Positions 39,433 to 53,173 of a stretch of DNA of 64,000 nucleotides are shown here, in pieces. The DNA comes from Octopus vulgaris (taxonomy: Eukaryota), in contig OX597821.1 in NCBI GenBank assembly GCA_951406725.2, positions 15,624,001-15,688,000 of the forward strand. The letters are read 5' to 3'. The notes under the pieces were generated by a model that saw only the letters and a list, made by a program, of their open reading frames with translations, had not been told where the DNA came from and made no database searches. A program made the translations under genes and the position numbers. The number at the start of each line of letters is the position of its first letter. Within the stretch, counting starts at the first letter, position 1.

Positions 39433-41183
39433 AACTACTATTACTAATTATAAAATTTCGAACTGCTCACTAATGTAGTGGTGGAACAGATATATGCGTA
39501 TGCCTCGAAGTGTTATGCCAAAGTGAAATTCCATCTGCATCAGTAGATGTTGATCTTAAATTATTCATCGTGTTTACAACAGAGCATGGCCATTGAACGC
39601 ATTTCAAGGAGTTGCCTCTATTGCAAGAATTCCCAGTTCACCAGCGCCCAATCTATAGACATTGATAGATGGTGAGATTTTTCTCCTGTGACTAATTTCT
39701 ACAAGAAATCGTGATGAAAAATGATGCACTATTTTCAGTCATAAAATCTTTTCTTGAAAATATAAGTCTAAATTGTCATATGCTGGTGTCATATATTTTC
39801 TTATAGTAACAACAACAATAATACAAAATGCTATTGTCCTTTATTCGATTGTAGTAAATGTCATAACTTTGTTGGCGATTGTAGAATGTCATAAGACAGA
39901 CCTATTTTCCTGTTACAATGTAATATTGAAGATATTTTGCGTTTATTTTGTTTCCAAACCAATATTCATTAGGTCTCTTCCTGTAAGTACAATTCATCTT
40001 ATTCCTTGGTACTTATTTAGTAGAAACCTTAAACAAAAACATTTGAAAGCAGTGATACATCATGAAACTATCTAAAGCATTTCACTATTCCATGCAGTAT
40101 CTAACACTAAAAGCGTACCTTTACTCGGTCGCTTGAGCATGCAACAGAGCGGCTACACTTCCCTGTGATTATATCATACAATCTTAAATAAGGAAAGTAG
40201 ACATAGAATATTGTATTTTTACGTGGACCTTGCAAGCGTTGGTAGCCAGAGTTGGAATATCTTTGATCATATCTGTTGGAATCAATTAGTAAAGTAGGTC
40301 CTAGTAGAAAAGTTATGTAGATATTTAACCGTAACACTTTAATCTCTACATTAAACTAAACGTATCTATAGCTGAGTTAAAAAGTTCCATTACAAGGGTT
40401 ACACTATAACTAAGTTATCAATGACGCATGGCTTTGATTACGTATAATGTTTAAATATTCTAGATTAATCAAATAGGATATGATAATGTGCAGATTCTCA
40501 CAAGGGATAAAGAACAGCGGTGTAACACAGCTTACATTGTTGGTTGAAAGTGTCTACAATGATAAGTCACCTTTATCCCGGAACTCACCTTTCTAAGGAT
40601 AATAATAACTAACATCGTTTATGTAATCCGCACTTGCAATATGTTCACTGCGTACTAAATTGTAAACTTATCTTTCGGATGATGTTGATAAAATATTTGT
40701 TGATCACTCATAGAGAGTGAATAAATCAAGCCGGTCTCAAAATTTAGTTTAATTCTCGTGAAAAAACCTATTAATAAAATGCTAGTTGTAGTGTCTTGTC
40801 TAAAAGAGATATTTTATGTGTTTCTCAAAATTTCATTCAGATTATCAAATATTTAATAAAATTATTAATTATTATAAATCTTTGTAAATTAATAGCTAAA
40901 ATTTTTACTGGATTTTGGATAATATTGGCTACTTTTTGAGAAACAAAAAGAATGTAGGATTGATAACGTTTACAAAGGGTCAATGATTGAAATGATTACG
41001 TGCTGTAGAGCGAATCTATCCCCATGGACTTAAAAACAACTTGGGGAAAATAACAGACATACTCAGGAGCGAGGATATATCTTAGGCATTTACGTATATC
41101 GATTGTTGTTTCCTCCTGGGCTTATCCATCAGTACTTCCTGCTTGACATGTTCCAACATACGCTATAAGTTTTTAGTGTGTTA

Positions 41184-41310
41184 TCTTATATATAAATAGC
41201 AATTTTTATCTGCCTGTCCGTCTGTCCACTCTCCGTCTGTCTGTTACCATTTTCCTGCCCAAACCAGGGAACCAATCTTCACCAAACTTACATGTTGAAC
41301 TAATATCCAG
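41184..41310 (+). mobile_element. Probable Helitron-type 5' end fragment
   Basis: A|TCTTATATATAAA start, then GTCTGTC repeats and ACCAATCTTCACCAAACTT, similar in layout to the 10740 element; no 3' end seen. Confidence 0.45.
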
Positions 41311-41322
41311 TTCAATTATAGA

Positions 41323-41608
41323 TTAGAGCAGCGGACTCGCGGGCGAGGGATCGCGGATTCGAATCTCAGACCGGGTGATGTGTGTGTTTATGAGCGAAAC
41401 ACCTAAGCTCCACGCGGCTCCGGCAGAAGGTAATGTCAAACTTCTGCTGACTCTTTCACCACAACTTTCTCTCACTCTTTCCTCTTGCATCTTGCAGCTC
41501 ACCTGCAACGGACCAGCGTCCCGTCCAGGTGGGGAACCTATACGCCACGGAAACCGGGAAACCCGCCCTATGAGTTAGGCATGGCTCGAGAAGGAACAAA
41601 AACAAACA
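41323..41608 (+). mobile_element. SINE family C, slightly 5'-truncated
   Basis: Homologous to 6070-6366. Confidence 0.9.
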
Positions 41609-41721
41609 TATATATTTATATATAGTTAATCCAAACAAGAAAGTACAAATAAACACAACAACGCGTGGACGTGGAACAAATATAGTATTATTGGACGCTC
41701 AGGAAAGAAGGAAAGAAGGAG

Positions 41722-41758
41722 TGTTTAACTTTTCGAGCGGAGCTCTTCGTCAGAAACA
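41722..41758 (-). ncRNA. Minimal hammerhead motif in a PLE-type terminal repeat
   Basis: Minus strand: TGTTT CTGACGA A GAGC-TCC-GCTC GAAA(A)GTT AAACA. Confidence 0.7.
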
Positions 41759-42408
41759 TAGGAGAAGAGAGGAAAAAAACCGCCAACGGTGTTGCAAATG
41801 ATGCGGGGAAGTGTTTTAAAGGGGAACAATTGCAAATTGAGGAATCCCCATTCACACCCCCAATCGGCTTAATTTTAAACATTTTTTTTGCACCATGCAC
41901 TTAAAATAATGGGAGACTTGTTTTTGGTAAATAAAGAAAGCATTTGTACGCTTATGAGATTTTCGAAAATTTCTCTCTGATTTTGGCCATTGTTTTTTCA
42001 ATATGCACTTAGAAATGAAGGTGGGAAAACTTGTCGGTTAAAATCCTTTTGCAAATCAGCGATAACCCTTACGATCGTCCCTCGCTTTATTTTCAAAGAA
42101 AAATGAAACATAATTTATGAAAAACAGGGAATTTAAACGAATCATTTTTCATTATTCCACCACCCTACCCATAAATCCTGAAATTTCAGAGATGTTTTTG
42201 GGAATATTTCTTTTAATTATAATTTTAAAATATAGACGGTACGAATCGGCAATTTGTACCGAACTCACTTTTTTTTTTGTCACTTTCATGTTTTTCATTA
42301 TTTTGTTTCTCGTGAACACATTATAAGGAATGTTGATCCTGCTGGAGTTTACGAAAGACTTAATATTTTTTAAGTTAAATTTTTAAGCCCCACTCTGTAT
42401 CAAGAAAA

Positions 42409-42449
<41 letters not shown>

Positions 42450-42801
42450 AAGAAACATTACATTTACAAGCAGAAAACTAACATTATCTGTTATATGCCC
42501 TTTTTATATCACACTGTTTCCCTAATGAAATTTATTACACATACACATACTCAGAGACATACACTCACATACACGCGCTGCGTGAGCGATATAAGTCTTT
42601 TAAGAGTGGGAGAAAGAGTCTGGTAAATATATAGAGAGTGGGAACGTTGACAATAAAAACAATTGACAAATAAATGACGTTGCTCTCAACGATTTTAAAA
42701 CTTTACAATTAAGTGAACAGTACAGTTCTATATTTAAGAAATGAGGAATTACGTACATTATTTACATTTGATGGATATTTGTCTTCATCGTGTTTGTTGT
42801 T

Positions 42802-42847
42802 AACACAACGTTTCGGCTGATATACTCTCAAGCCTTCTTCAGGTGTC
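42802..42847 (-). ncRNA. Hammerhead ribozyme motif (family E), best-preserved copy
   Basis: Minus strand: GACAC CTGAAGA A GGCT..AGCC GAAAC GTT GTGTT. Confidence 0.75.
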
Positions 42848-42938
42848 TTGGGGTAATTTCGAACCTGGGTTCTCATAACTAAAGTATTTTTCGATGTTAT
42901 TATTATCACTATAATTATTATCATTATTATTATTATTA

Positions 42939-42981
<43 letters not shown>

Positions 42982-43115
42982 CATCATTATCATTATTATC
43001 ATTATTATCATTATTATTATTATTCAGGTCACTGCCTGGAATAGAACTCGGAATATTGGTGTTAGTAGCCCGCTCTCATAAGTACTACGCCATATGCCCG
43101 TGGTGTCGCGGTTAA

Positions 43116-43161
43116 GAGACCTGATGAAGGCTGCAGAGTATATCAGTCGAAACGTTGTGCT
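43116..43161 (+). ncRNA. Hammerhead ribozyme motif (family E), stem I truncated at the junction
   Basis: CTGATGA 43121-43127, GGCTG/CAGTC, GAAACGTT. Confidence 0.6.
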
Positions 43162-43385
43162 AACAACAAACAAGATGAGGACAAATATCCGTCAAATGTA
43201 AATAATGTAAATAATAAGTGAACAGTGTTCAAATTTCGTCCATTGATGTCCTTTTATTTTTACGCTGAATCCGATGTTGAGATTCACTTATTAAAGAAAA
43301 ACATGTTTAGAGCAATGTTACATGATTGTAAACTAATCGTGTTTACCGAATCAGAAAAGATTTAGAATGTAGCATGTTCTGCGTG

Positions 43386-43474
<89 letters not shown>

Positions 43475-43490
43475 AGAGAGAGAGAGAAGA
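43386..43490. repeat. (TAA)n-(GAA)n-(GA)n compound microsatellite
   Basis: Directly visible. Confidence 0.95.
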
Positions 43491-43640
43491 AAGGATAGCA
43501 TGCCAGAGAGGGAATAAATATGCAAAAAGAGAATGTAAAAAAGGGAAGAGAAAATGTGGGAAAGATGCTGATGGTGACAGACGGAGAATGTGAGATTTGT
43601 CGATCCATAAGTTGAGCTATTTCTCATTGTGAATTATATA

Positions 43641-44035
43641 GGCGCAGGAGTGGCTGTGTGGTAAGTAGCTTGTCTACCAACCGCATGGTTCCGGGTTCAG
43701 TCCCACTGCGTGGCACCTTGGGTAAGTGTCTTCTACTATAGCCTCGGGCCGACCAAAGCCTATATTTGGTAGACGGAAACTATATATATATATATATATA
43801 TATATATGCGTGTGTGTGTTTGTGTCTGTGTTTGTCCCCCTAGCATTGCTTGACAACCGATGCTGGTGTGTTTATGTCCCCGTCACTTAGCGGTTCGGCA
43901 AAAGAGACCGATAGAATAAGTACTGGGCTTACAAAAGAATAAGTCCCGGGGTCGAGTTGCTCGATTAAAGGCGGTGCTCCAGCATGGCCGCAGTCAAATG
44001 ACTGAAACAAGTAAAAGAGAAAGAGAAAAGAGAAA
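43641..44035 (+). mobile_element. SINE family A with small internal deletions
   Basis: Homologous to the 21553 copy. Confidence 0.92.
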
Positions 44036-46759
44036 ATATATATATATTATATATTATATATATATATATGTGTGTGTATTTATGTATATATATATATATA
44101 TATATAAACACACACACATACACACACATGCACACACACACACATATATATATGTATATACATATATGCATATATATGGATGCATCAATATATGTATGAA
44201 TGCTGGAATATACGCCATACTGCAAAACGGAACATTATACTCACTCAATTATAGTGTATAGTGACTGACTTTTAAACAGGCGCGTGATTACTGCATCCGC
44301 ATGAGTCAGTGTGTGAAAAGACTGGCTGTTTGATTAGCAAACACCGCTCGCCAAGATTTCATATTGTTTCCATCAACTGAAGTTCGCTTACAAAACGTGG
44401 GGGTAGCCGAAATTATGGTAATAGAAGCATAACTAATATGTCTTGCATTATGATTGAAACTGCTGTCTTATCATTAACTGACGAACTTCTTATCCCATTA
44501 GCTATGACTGCCTTCATATACATAAGCATTTCGTACGAGCATATGCGCCAGAATTAAAATTTTTATGATGCTATAAACCATTTTAAATAAAGCATTTTTG
44601 CTGTGATGATTAATGAAAACAAAAGATCAAATATTTTTGATAGATATCGTTTGAAGTCAATCAATCTATGGTTTATTACCTTTAATGTAACTGATCGATT
44701 CCCATTATCTTTCAAAACTGTCGACCATTAGAATGGATGCTGTAATACTAAAAATACTAAAACATATCGAAAGCAAAATCTTAAGCATTTAAAAAAAAAT
44801 ATATTATGCAAGCTATCGATTGCATGCAGTAAACTGTATTCATGAAAAATATAGCATAAACGTGATTAAATTACATTTCTGAACATTATATTAACATTAT
44901 TAAATTATATAACAAACAGTGAAGTAATAATTAAGCTAAAACATATAGAAGCTGTTGGAGTTTACAAAACTTGTGTTCAAGTGAAGGATAGTAACGAAGG
45001 GTAGTTGTACATATGCATTCCATACTTCATATGTATTCATAAGTATAAACGTAGAAAAGCAAAAACAGTATAGTGATAGACTAAATTATCGAACTGCATG
45101 TAATAAAAACAATAACGCATTCTTTCTACACTATGGTATATAGAGTAATTTTAATCCAGTCTGAGCAAACAATATTTATGTGTGTATATATGCATGCCTG
45201 TATGTATACACATATATAATGGTATGTTTAAGCACATATATACACGTATATATCTTTATAGCTCTTTGGAAAGTCCTGCTGCATATTTGAAAAGATCATG
45301 TCAAGGGAGCTTCTTCTAACCTTACTTTAAAATAAGCATTAGCTTTTCCATGTGTATGCTTGTTTCATTTTCCTTTCATTGGAAATTTCTTCTCAAAATA
45401 GCACTTAAATGAATAGGTAATTTACTTAGTTAAAACGCGTTAGATCAGACACAAGTAATTCAAAACGGGCTCTTAAGCAATGGGAACTGTAAGGAGTATT
45501 TGGTCCATCTATGGAAATGAAGCTTTAAGTGTCTGAACATGACACCGATGTTTCACCAGTATCCGCCTGTAAAGTTTACTCTCATGGAATCCACACGATC
45601 TAAGCGACTACCGTTTGTGAAAACTGACCTCCTGAAAACTGGTGTTGAGCAAAAGCCAAAGCAAACTGCAATTGACTTAGCAAAACAGTCCGGTTCAATT
45701 CACTCTCTGATCACTAAACACAATTACGAACCAGGAAAATGTCTATAATGGGTAGCTTATCCTATGACTAATGCTCAGTGTAATTAAAGTGTTGCCTTAC
45801 GCAAATGATTGAAAATTTGAGTTGCCACTGAAACTTTCCACGTTACAATCATCCAAAGAGATGAAAAATAGGCTTTCTATAAACATGTCAGCTAAAGGTA
45901 AATTAGAATCTATCCTTAGAACAAGATTATACAAGATTGTATGAGGTGATCGAACATTTTAGTCGGTAGATTGTAAATCTATTGATAAGCGTTTTACTTT
46001 CTCATGGTTTTATATTTTAATTAAAATGTTAAATTGCAAATTTAAAGATACATGATTTATGTTAAAACTTATTTTGATAAAGTAAGCTAATTAAGCTATT
46101 GGGTTCATACCTCGAAAATAGATTTTGTATTGTCTCTTTATTATATATGTTAATTTTACTTTGGTTTTGTTTTTAATTATTGTAATTTTATACATGTTAG
46201 GTTTATTTAATATATATATATATGTATATCGTTTTTATATTAGTATTTATTATATATATTTTTATGATATGGTTTTATATTCACGATTGGTGAGATATGA
46301 AGTGTCGTTTATCCTTTATTCGTCATTCTCAGCTTCATCAATTATGTATCATCATTAATTCCACTGGTTCCAATCTGTAGCAGTTTTCTGGTTACACTTG
46401 ACCATGAACAAATATGGCGGAGTGAATAAATGTAGAGGAATATGTATGTGATGCGAATACTGTATTTTTATAGCTGGGGTGTATGTGAGCAAACTGGGAG
46501 TGTGCACGTATGTATCAGTTGCGAACCTTCTAATTTCTGGCTGTGTTTCCTTTTAATTTTTATCAATGAAGACATACCTTACTGCAGCACATCAGCAAAT
46601 GGACTTCAGTTTGTTTGAATGTGAGTTATCTTCGCTGCTCTGGGACACTCAGTGCTCTTTAAAACATGACTTTGAGTAGGGATTCTTTCCGGACGCTCAA
46701 CCGTAGCAAATGTTCATTTACAAAAAGCATATGAACAAATACATATGTGAGAAATAAAT

Positions 46760-46782
46760 TATGTGTGTGTGTGTGTGTATGC

Positions 46783-46821
<39 letters not shown>

Positions 46822-47003
46822 AATGTATGTATGTATATTTATACATATATATATATATATATACACAAATACATATACAAATATATACATTAACATATAC
46901 GTAAGTATATATATTTACATATACTTATATACTTATATACATATCTACATAATATATTTGCATACCTATATATATATACATCAATATATATACATATATA
47001 TGG

Positions 47004-47034
<31 letters not shown>

Positions 47035-47429
47035 AATACATATACAAATATATACATTAACATATACGTAAGTATATATATTTACATATACTTATATACT
47101 TATATACATATCTACATAATATATTTGCATACCTATATATATATACATCAATATATATACATATATATGGATATATATATATATATATTATACGTATATT
47201 TATATATACAATTATATATACATATATATTTATTCATATACATATAGAGATATGTATATAAATAAATATAAACCAACACATATATACACACATATATATA
47301 AGTATATATATATATATACATATATACAGACGCATATATATATATATATATACATACACATACATATATACATACATATATACATACATATATATATATA
47401 TATATACATGCATATTTATATATACATAA

Positions 47430-47488
<59 letters not shown>

Positions 47489-47871
47489 AATATATATCAC
47501 CTTGATCACCTTGACCGACCAGTCAGTCAGGCGTCCATTTCACACCGCTCATCACAGCACGCTGTCCACTCCTCTCTCATCCACGTGATCCCAATCGTCC
47601 TCCTGAAATCGTAACTCCACTGTCGTGGCGGTCTTCCAAGAGGTCTTTTCCGCTCACGCGGGTACCACTCGACGTTTGCGTGCGTCCACCGATTATCGGT
47701 GAGCCGGGCGACGTGTCCAGGCCATCTATACTTGCTGCGTGTATACTCTGCGATGACATCTCTCACGCTGGACTTCTTTCTGATGATCTTGCTACTTATG
47801 TGCTCTCTCAACGCCATACCAAGCATTGACCTTTCCATATGTTTCAAATATATATGTAGATATGTATATAA

Positions 47872-47913
<42 letters not shown>

Positions 47914-47980
47914 TATATTCATATATATATACATACATACATATATATATACATATATATATATACATATATATATATAC

Positions 47981-48027
<47 letters not shown>

Positions 48028-48118
48028 CATATATATATACATATATACATACATATATATATATATATACATATGTATATATACATACATATATATATAC
48101 ATATATATATATACATAC

Positions 48119-48149
<31 letters not shown>

Positions 48150-48358
48150 CATATATATATATACACACACGTATATATATATATATACATATATATATAC
48201 ACACACGTATATATATATACATATATATATATACATATATATATACATATACATGTATATATATACATACATATATATATACATATATATACATATATAT
48301 ACATATATATATATACATATACATATATATATATACATACATATATATATACATATAT

Positions 48359-48414
<56 letters not shown>
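46760..48414. repeat. Very large compound (TA)n/(TACA)n microsatellite block containing an RTE insertion
   Basis: Directly visible. Confidence 0.95.
47496..47845 (-). mobile_element. RTE-clade LINE 3' fragment
   Basis: [52 protein letters not shown]; short tandem tail (CAAGGTGAT)2. Confidence 0.9.
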
Positions 48415-48415
<1 letters not shown>

Positions 48416-48719
48416 ATCAAAATAAGCAACAAATATATCTTCGGAAGATATTCTTGTTGCTTATTTTGCTTACAATCTCCTCATGGATTTATATAGACAA
48501 TACCGTAGAAAATTCTTCATCTCACCTAAGTACCATATTCATTGGAATCTAAATTTTGCTTAACATATGTGTGTGTATATATATATATATATAAAAGAAG
48601 GAGGCAGGCAGGTGACAGGTGTATTACTTTGACGCTCGGGAAGGAGAGAAAATCTTTAATGTTTCAAGCTGACGCTCTTTAACATATAGGAAATAGAAAA
48701 GGAACAGAAAAATAAAACA

Positions 48720-48768
<49 letters not shown>

Positions 48769-48802
48769 GCATCAAAAGTAGCAACAAGGATATCCAGAGA
48801 TA

Positions 48803-48892
48803 ATGCAGAACGATCGTTTTATACGACTCCATTTAAATAAACAATGGATGTATTACATCAGTTTTAAAATGTAGAGCAATCGTCAGCTGCAT
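48803..48892 (-). ncRNA. Hammerhead motif (separate family), G12 mutated
   Basis: Minus strand: ATGCAG CTGACGA ... AAAAC GATC GTT CTGCAT; perfect 6-bp stem I and palindromic helix III. Confidence 0.6.
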
Positions 48893-48951
48893 AAAAATAT
48901 AGAACTTAGTTAAATGTAAACGATTCATTTTTATAGTTATTCCATTAACTG

Positions 48952-48986
<35 letters not shown>

Positions 48987-49225
48987 ATGTGTGTATGTGT
49001 GTGTATATATATATATATACATGTGTAATGGTGGTGTACTTGCATAGCAAGTGACTTGATATGAGATCGTGCTACACGGTATTTTAATCGCGGCGTCAAA
49101 GCATCGAAAATATTTCGACAATATAAATTCAAAGTGAATCTAACAGTTTTTGTGTCTTTTTAAATGGCGTAGAAATGTCTTCCATGCTGGAATTTTATGT
49201 GTGTGTGCGTGCGTGTGTGTTTGTT

Positions 49226-49256
<31 letters not shown>

Positions 49257-49765
49257 GTGCATGTGCGTGTGCATTCGTATGTATACAAATATGTTTGTAT
49301 ATTATGTTTGTCTTGTGCTCATAGTGATAACACATGAAACAGTATGTAACATTCCTTCGTATTAGTCAATTTTTTAAACATCTAACCAACAAGCTAATCC
49401 ATCGTTTTTCTAATCTAAGGATTAAACAATAATGGTATGCGTAAATACAAGAATACTGCTAATTCTCGAATAGGCTCAAACCAGAATTCAAAGAGAAGCA
49501 GCACATCATTCATGATGTCAAGAGCAACAACGAAATGACTTCGACTGACAAACAATTCGTTCTTTAACCAGCACATTACACAAATAATTGGTTACTTCGA
49601 TGTTTATTTATTCAATTATTTAACCAATCAATTAACAATAATGAAGTGATATCGTACTAGTGCAAGTGTCATTATTAATGACGTAACAAAATGCCAAGAT
49701 AGAGAATGTGTTTAAACATAGAATTCACATCATGAATCTAGCAAACTAAGTTAAAAATGAAGTGT

Positions 49766-49766
49766 A

Positions 49767-49824
<58 letters not shown>

Positions 49825-49825
49825 G

Positions 49826-49895
<70 letters not shown>

Positions 49896-49960
49896 ATCTA
49901 ACTATCAGCCTGTCTGTCAATCTATCTATCTATTTATCTACCTACCTATCTCTCTCTCGC
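49766..49960. repeat. (TATC)n tetranucleotide microsatellite
   Basis: Directly visible. Confidence 0.97.
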
Positions 49961-50715
49961 TCTCTATCCCCCCTCTCTCTCTCTCTATATATATATATAT
50001 ACATGTGTATGTTTATGTATGGATGTATGTATAATTGTGTATGTCGGAGTGTGTACATGAGTTTAGAAACAAATTAGCTTGTAGCTATAAACATGACTAC
50101 TGTTTATTAGCAACAATTCAAATCAGCCTAAATTAAGGTAAATCTTATAATCAGCTTAAATTGGCTTGCAGATTTCTGCGTTTGCTTAATCATAACTAAA
50201 TTCTGTCGAATTTTCATTTTTATTATTTTTGTAAATCCAATTTTTTATGCATTTATACATTCATACTCAAATATATACTTCTAATATAAACGAACAAACA
50301 TATATATATATATATATATACATACATTTGTACATTTCTATGTGCCAGTGTGTGTGTGTGTGTGTACGCAAGCTCACGCGCGCGCGTGTGTAGCTTTTGC
50401 AAAAAGATGTGTTACAGTCACTTCGAAATGTATATATTGTAGTAAATAATTTTGAGTAATCCTTCTCCTTAATATGAATCTATTTCTGCATGTAGCTAGA
50501 CATAAAACGATTGTCATTTACACACGTATATGTGCGCAAACACACACACACGCACACACATATATATACATTTTTTTTTTGTGATAGCTCTGTAATGTTT
50601 CTGCAGCTTTAATAATAAATCATATTACTCTACTGTTGGTATTCGAGTACTAGTTTTCGCAAATTTATTCACATTTATGTGCTTACACGCGGATGTATAT
50701 ATATATATATATATA

Positions 50716-51052
50716 TGGCACCTTGGGCAAGTGTCTTCTACTATAGCCTCGGGCCGACCAAAGCCTTGTGAGTGGATTTGGAAGACGGAAACTGAAAGAA
50801 GCCCGTCGTATATATGTATATATATGCGTGTGCGTGTTTGTGTTTCTGCGTTTGTCTCCCTAGCATTGCTTGACAACCGATGCTGTGTTTATGTCCCCGT
50901 TACTTAGAGGTTTCGTCAAAAGAGACCGATAGAATAAGTACTGGGCTTACAAAAGAATAAGTCCCGGGGTCGCGTTGCTCGATTAAAGGCGGTGCTCCAG
51001 AATGGCCACAGTCAAATGACTGAAACAAGTAAAATAGTAAAAAGAGTAAAGA

Positions 51053-51054
<2 letters not shown>
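50716..51054 (+). mobile_element. SINE family A, 5'-truncated, inside (TA)n
   Basis: Begins at TGGCACCTTGGGCAAG and has the AAAAGAGTA tail. Confidence 0.9.
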
Positions 51055-51086
<32 letters not shown>

Positions 51087-51130
51087 CAGCCAGTAGTTAA
51101 TTAATTAATTTCACCCTTTGTTAATATTGA

Positions 51131-51187
<57 letters not shown>

Positions 51188-51424
51188 CTCATAAATTAGA
51201 TGCATGTTTGTGTTGAAATCATCACTGCATCCACGTATGATATTTTACTTTCTTGTTAGCATCTGGCACAAAATTTAGATGAGAAAGAGAGATTAATTGT
51301 GTTGTCATTAAGAAAAAACTTCTCTCTCCCCCTCTCCCTCTTTCCTCCCCTTCCTCCTCCCCCTCCTCCCCCCTCTTCTCCTTTCTCCACACGACTTTAC
51401 ACATCACATCATATATGATGTGCC

Positions 51425-51790
51425 ATACTAATACATACACCAACTAATACATACTAATACATACTAATACATACACCAACCCTATACATACACACGTCCA
51501 GACCTCTCATACGCACTAATACTCTCTCATACACACACACACACCCTTATACATACTAATACGTACTAATACATACTAATACATACTAATACATACACCA
51601 ACCCTATACATACACACGTCCAGACCTCTCATACGCACTAATACTCTCTCATACACACACACACACACACACCCTTATACATACTAATACATACTAATAC
51701 ATACACCAACCCTATACATACACACGTCCAGACCTCTCACACGCACTAATACTCTCTCATACACACACACACACACACACACACCCTTAT
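51425..51790. repeat. Minisatellite, three copies of an approximately 110-120 bp unit
   Basis: ATACATACACCAACCCTATACATACACACGTCCAGACCTCTCA.ACGCACTAATACTCTCTCAT(AC)nCCTTAT repeated three times. Confidence 0.92.
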
Positions 51791-51954
51791 GTTGGAGCTG
51801 GTCATTGAACCCTATTATCTCCCCTAATTTCGCTCTCGCGTCTCATGTTTGATCTTTGACTTCTGGCCGAAATCAGATCGCCATGTTGATTCGTTAGTTA
51901 CTGCACGCATTTTTTTCTCTCCTTCTTTCTGTGTTTTTTTTTTCTCTCTGTGTA

Positions 51955-51992
51955 TCTTTCTGTTGAAGAGCGTAGGCTCGAAACGTTAAAGA
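51955..51992 (+). ncRNA. Minimal hammerhead motif with variant core (CUGUUGA) in a PLE-type terminal repeat (about 51792-52090)
   Basis: TCTTT CTGTTGA A GAGC-GTAG-GCTC GAAAC GTT AAAGA. Confidence 0.65.
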
Positions 51993-52089
51993 CTTGTTTT
52001 ATTTATATTTCCTGAGCGCCATACTAATACAATTGTTTGTTTGTTTTCCACCTGCCTTTGTCTTTTGTCTATTTTCATAAAGCTTCCCG

Positions 52090-52136
<47 letters not shown>

Positions 52137-52980
52137 TAAATGTATATATATATATATATAAATGTATATATATATATATATATATCTACATCTATCAAGC
52201 TATCTATCTATATATATATATCTATCTATATATGTGTGTGTGTGTGCGTGTATAAATGTGTGCGTATACGGAAACATATCATTCAGCGAACCCATCGACA
52301 TTTGCGCCAATAACAAACAACCCAGCTTCATAATTTTCTCCCTCTAGCGATTCAAGGATGATGCAACATGTAGTCAGCGCATTCGCAAAGCGTCATTCTT
52401 TATCACAAAATATACACGCATTTTGAATGCATCCACCACAAATAACACTATTACAATGACCTTAGAATAATACCCACGCAAATATTAAAAAACGATATAT
52501 GAATTTATTCAGAACAATTCCACTCATTACTATTACAACTACAACGCGTCACTTTCGGGTCACTTGTCCATTTAAGAGGATTTCACCAACATCCTGCAAC
52601 TGTCATACCGCTCCCGCATTTTTATTATTCTTTCCCTTCTTCCTCCTACTCATTCGTTTTCTTCGCCTCCTTTCTCTACTACTACTTTTGCTTAAACAAT
52701 AAAAGACGAATTCATATCAAACCAGCCACTGCCAACTGCTTAGAACACCCAAGAGTAAAATAGAGAGACAGACAGACAGAAAATAGGAAAACGTCCTTTG
52801 CTTTTGAAAACTATGGAAATATTTTTTAAAAATGCATTTCATTTAATTTTTGCACAACTGAATTTTTTTCTTTTCTTTTTTTTGCCTTACTCTAAGTTGA
52901 AACAATTGCAAAGACTGAAACCGGTACTGACACGTTTTTCATGATAATATTATTTTAGCAATTTCTACCTTGTATGTATG

Positions 52981-53043
<63 letters not shown>

Positions 53044-53173
53044 GAGTGTATTTTTACCTTGTTCACAATTAACACGGAAAGTAGCAGTATATCTTTTAAC
53101 TAGTGACAGACAGCTAAAAATAAAAATGAAGTAGTGATGTAACATTGAACTTTAGGAAAGTAATGATTTTTTC

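Larger units (their letters stand above)
42722..43214 (-). mobile_element. Family E composite: full copy (minus, 42722-43102) plus inverted partial copy (plus, about 43108-43214)
   Basis: Same head, (AAT)n and hammerhead as the 26851 copy; 12-bp TSD TAAGTGAACAGT at 42710-42721 and 43215-43226. Confidence 0.88.

Noticed and set aside
41780-42400. Tc1-like MITE ending CCCACTCTG|TA
   Set aside because: Only one plausible terminus was seen and no matching TIR was found.
45490-45760. Additional Penelope GIY-YIG remnant
   Set aside because: Similarity is too weak to support by eye.
47699-48552. Cluster of long YIYI/HIYI ORFs (also 6784-7591, 46823-47614, 63434-63864)
   Set aside because: Dinucleotide microsatellites lack stop codons; there is no coding signal.
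51425-51790. CRISPR-like array
   Set aside because: Eukaryotic context, no unique spacers and no cas genes; a simple minisatellite.
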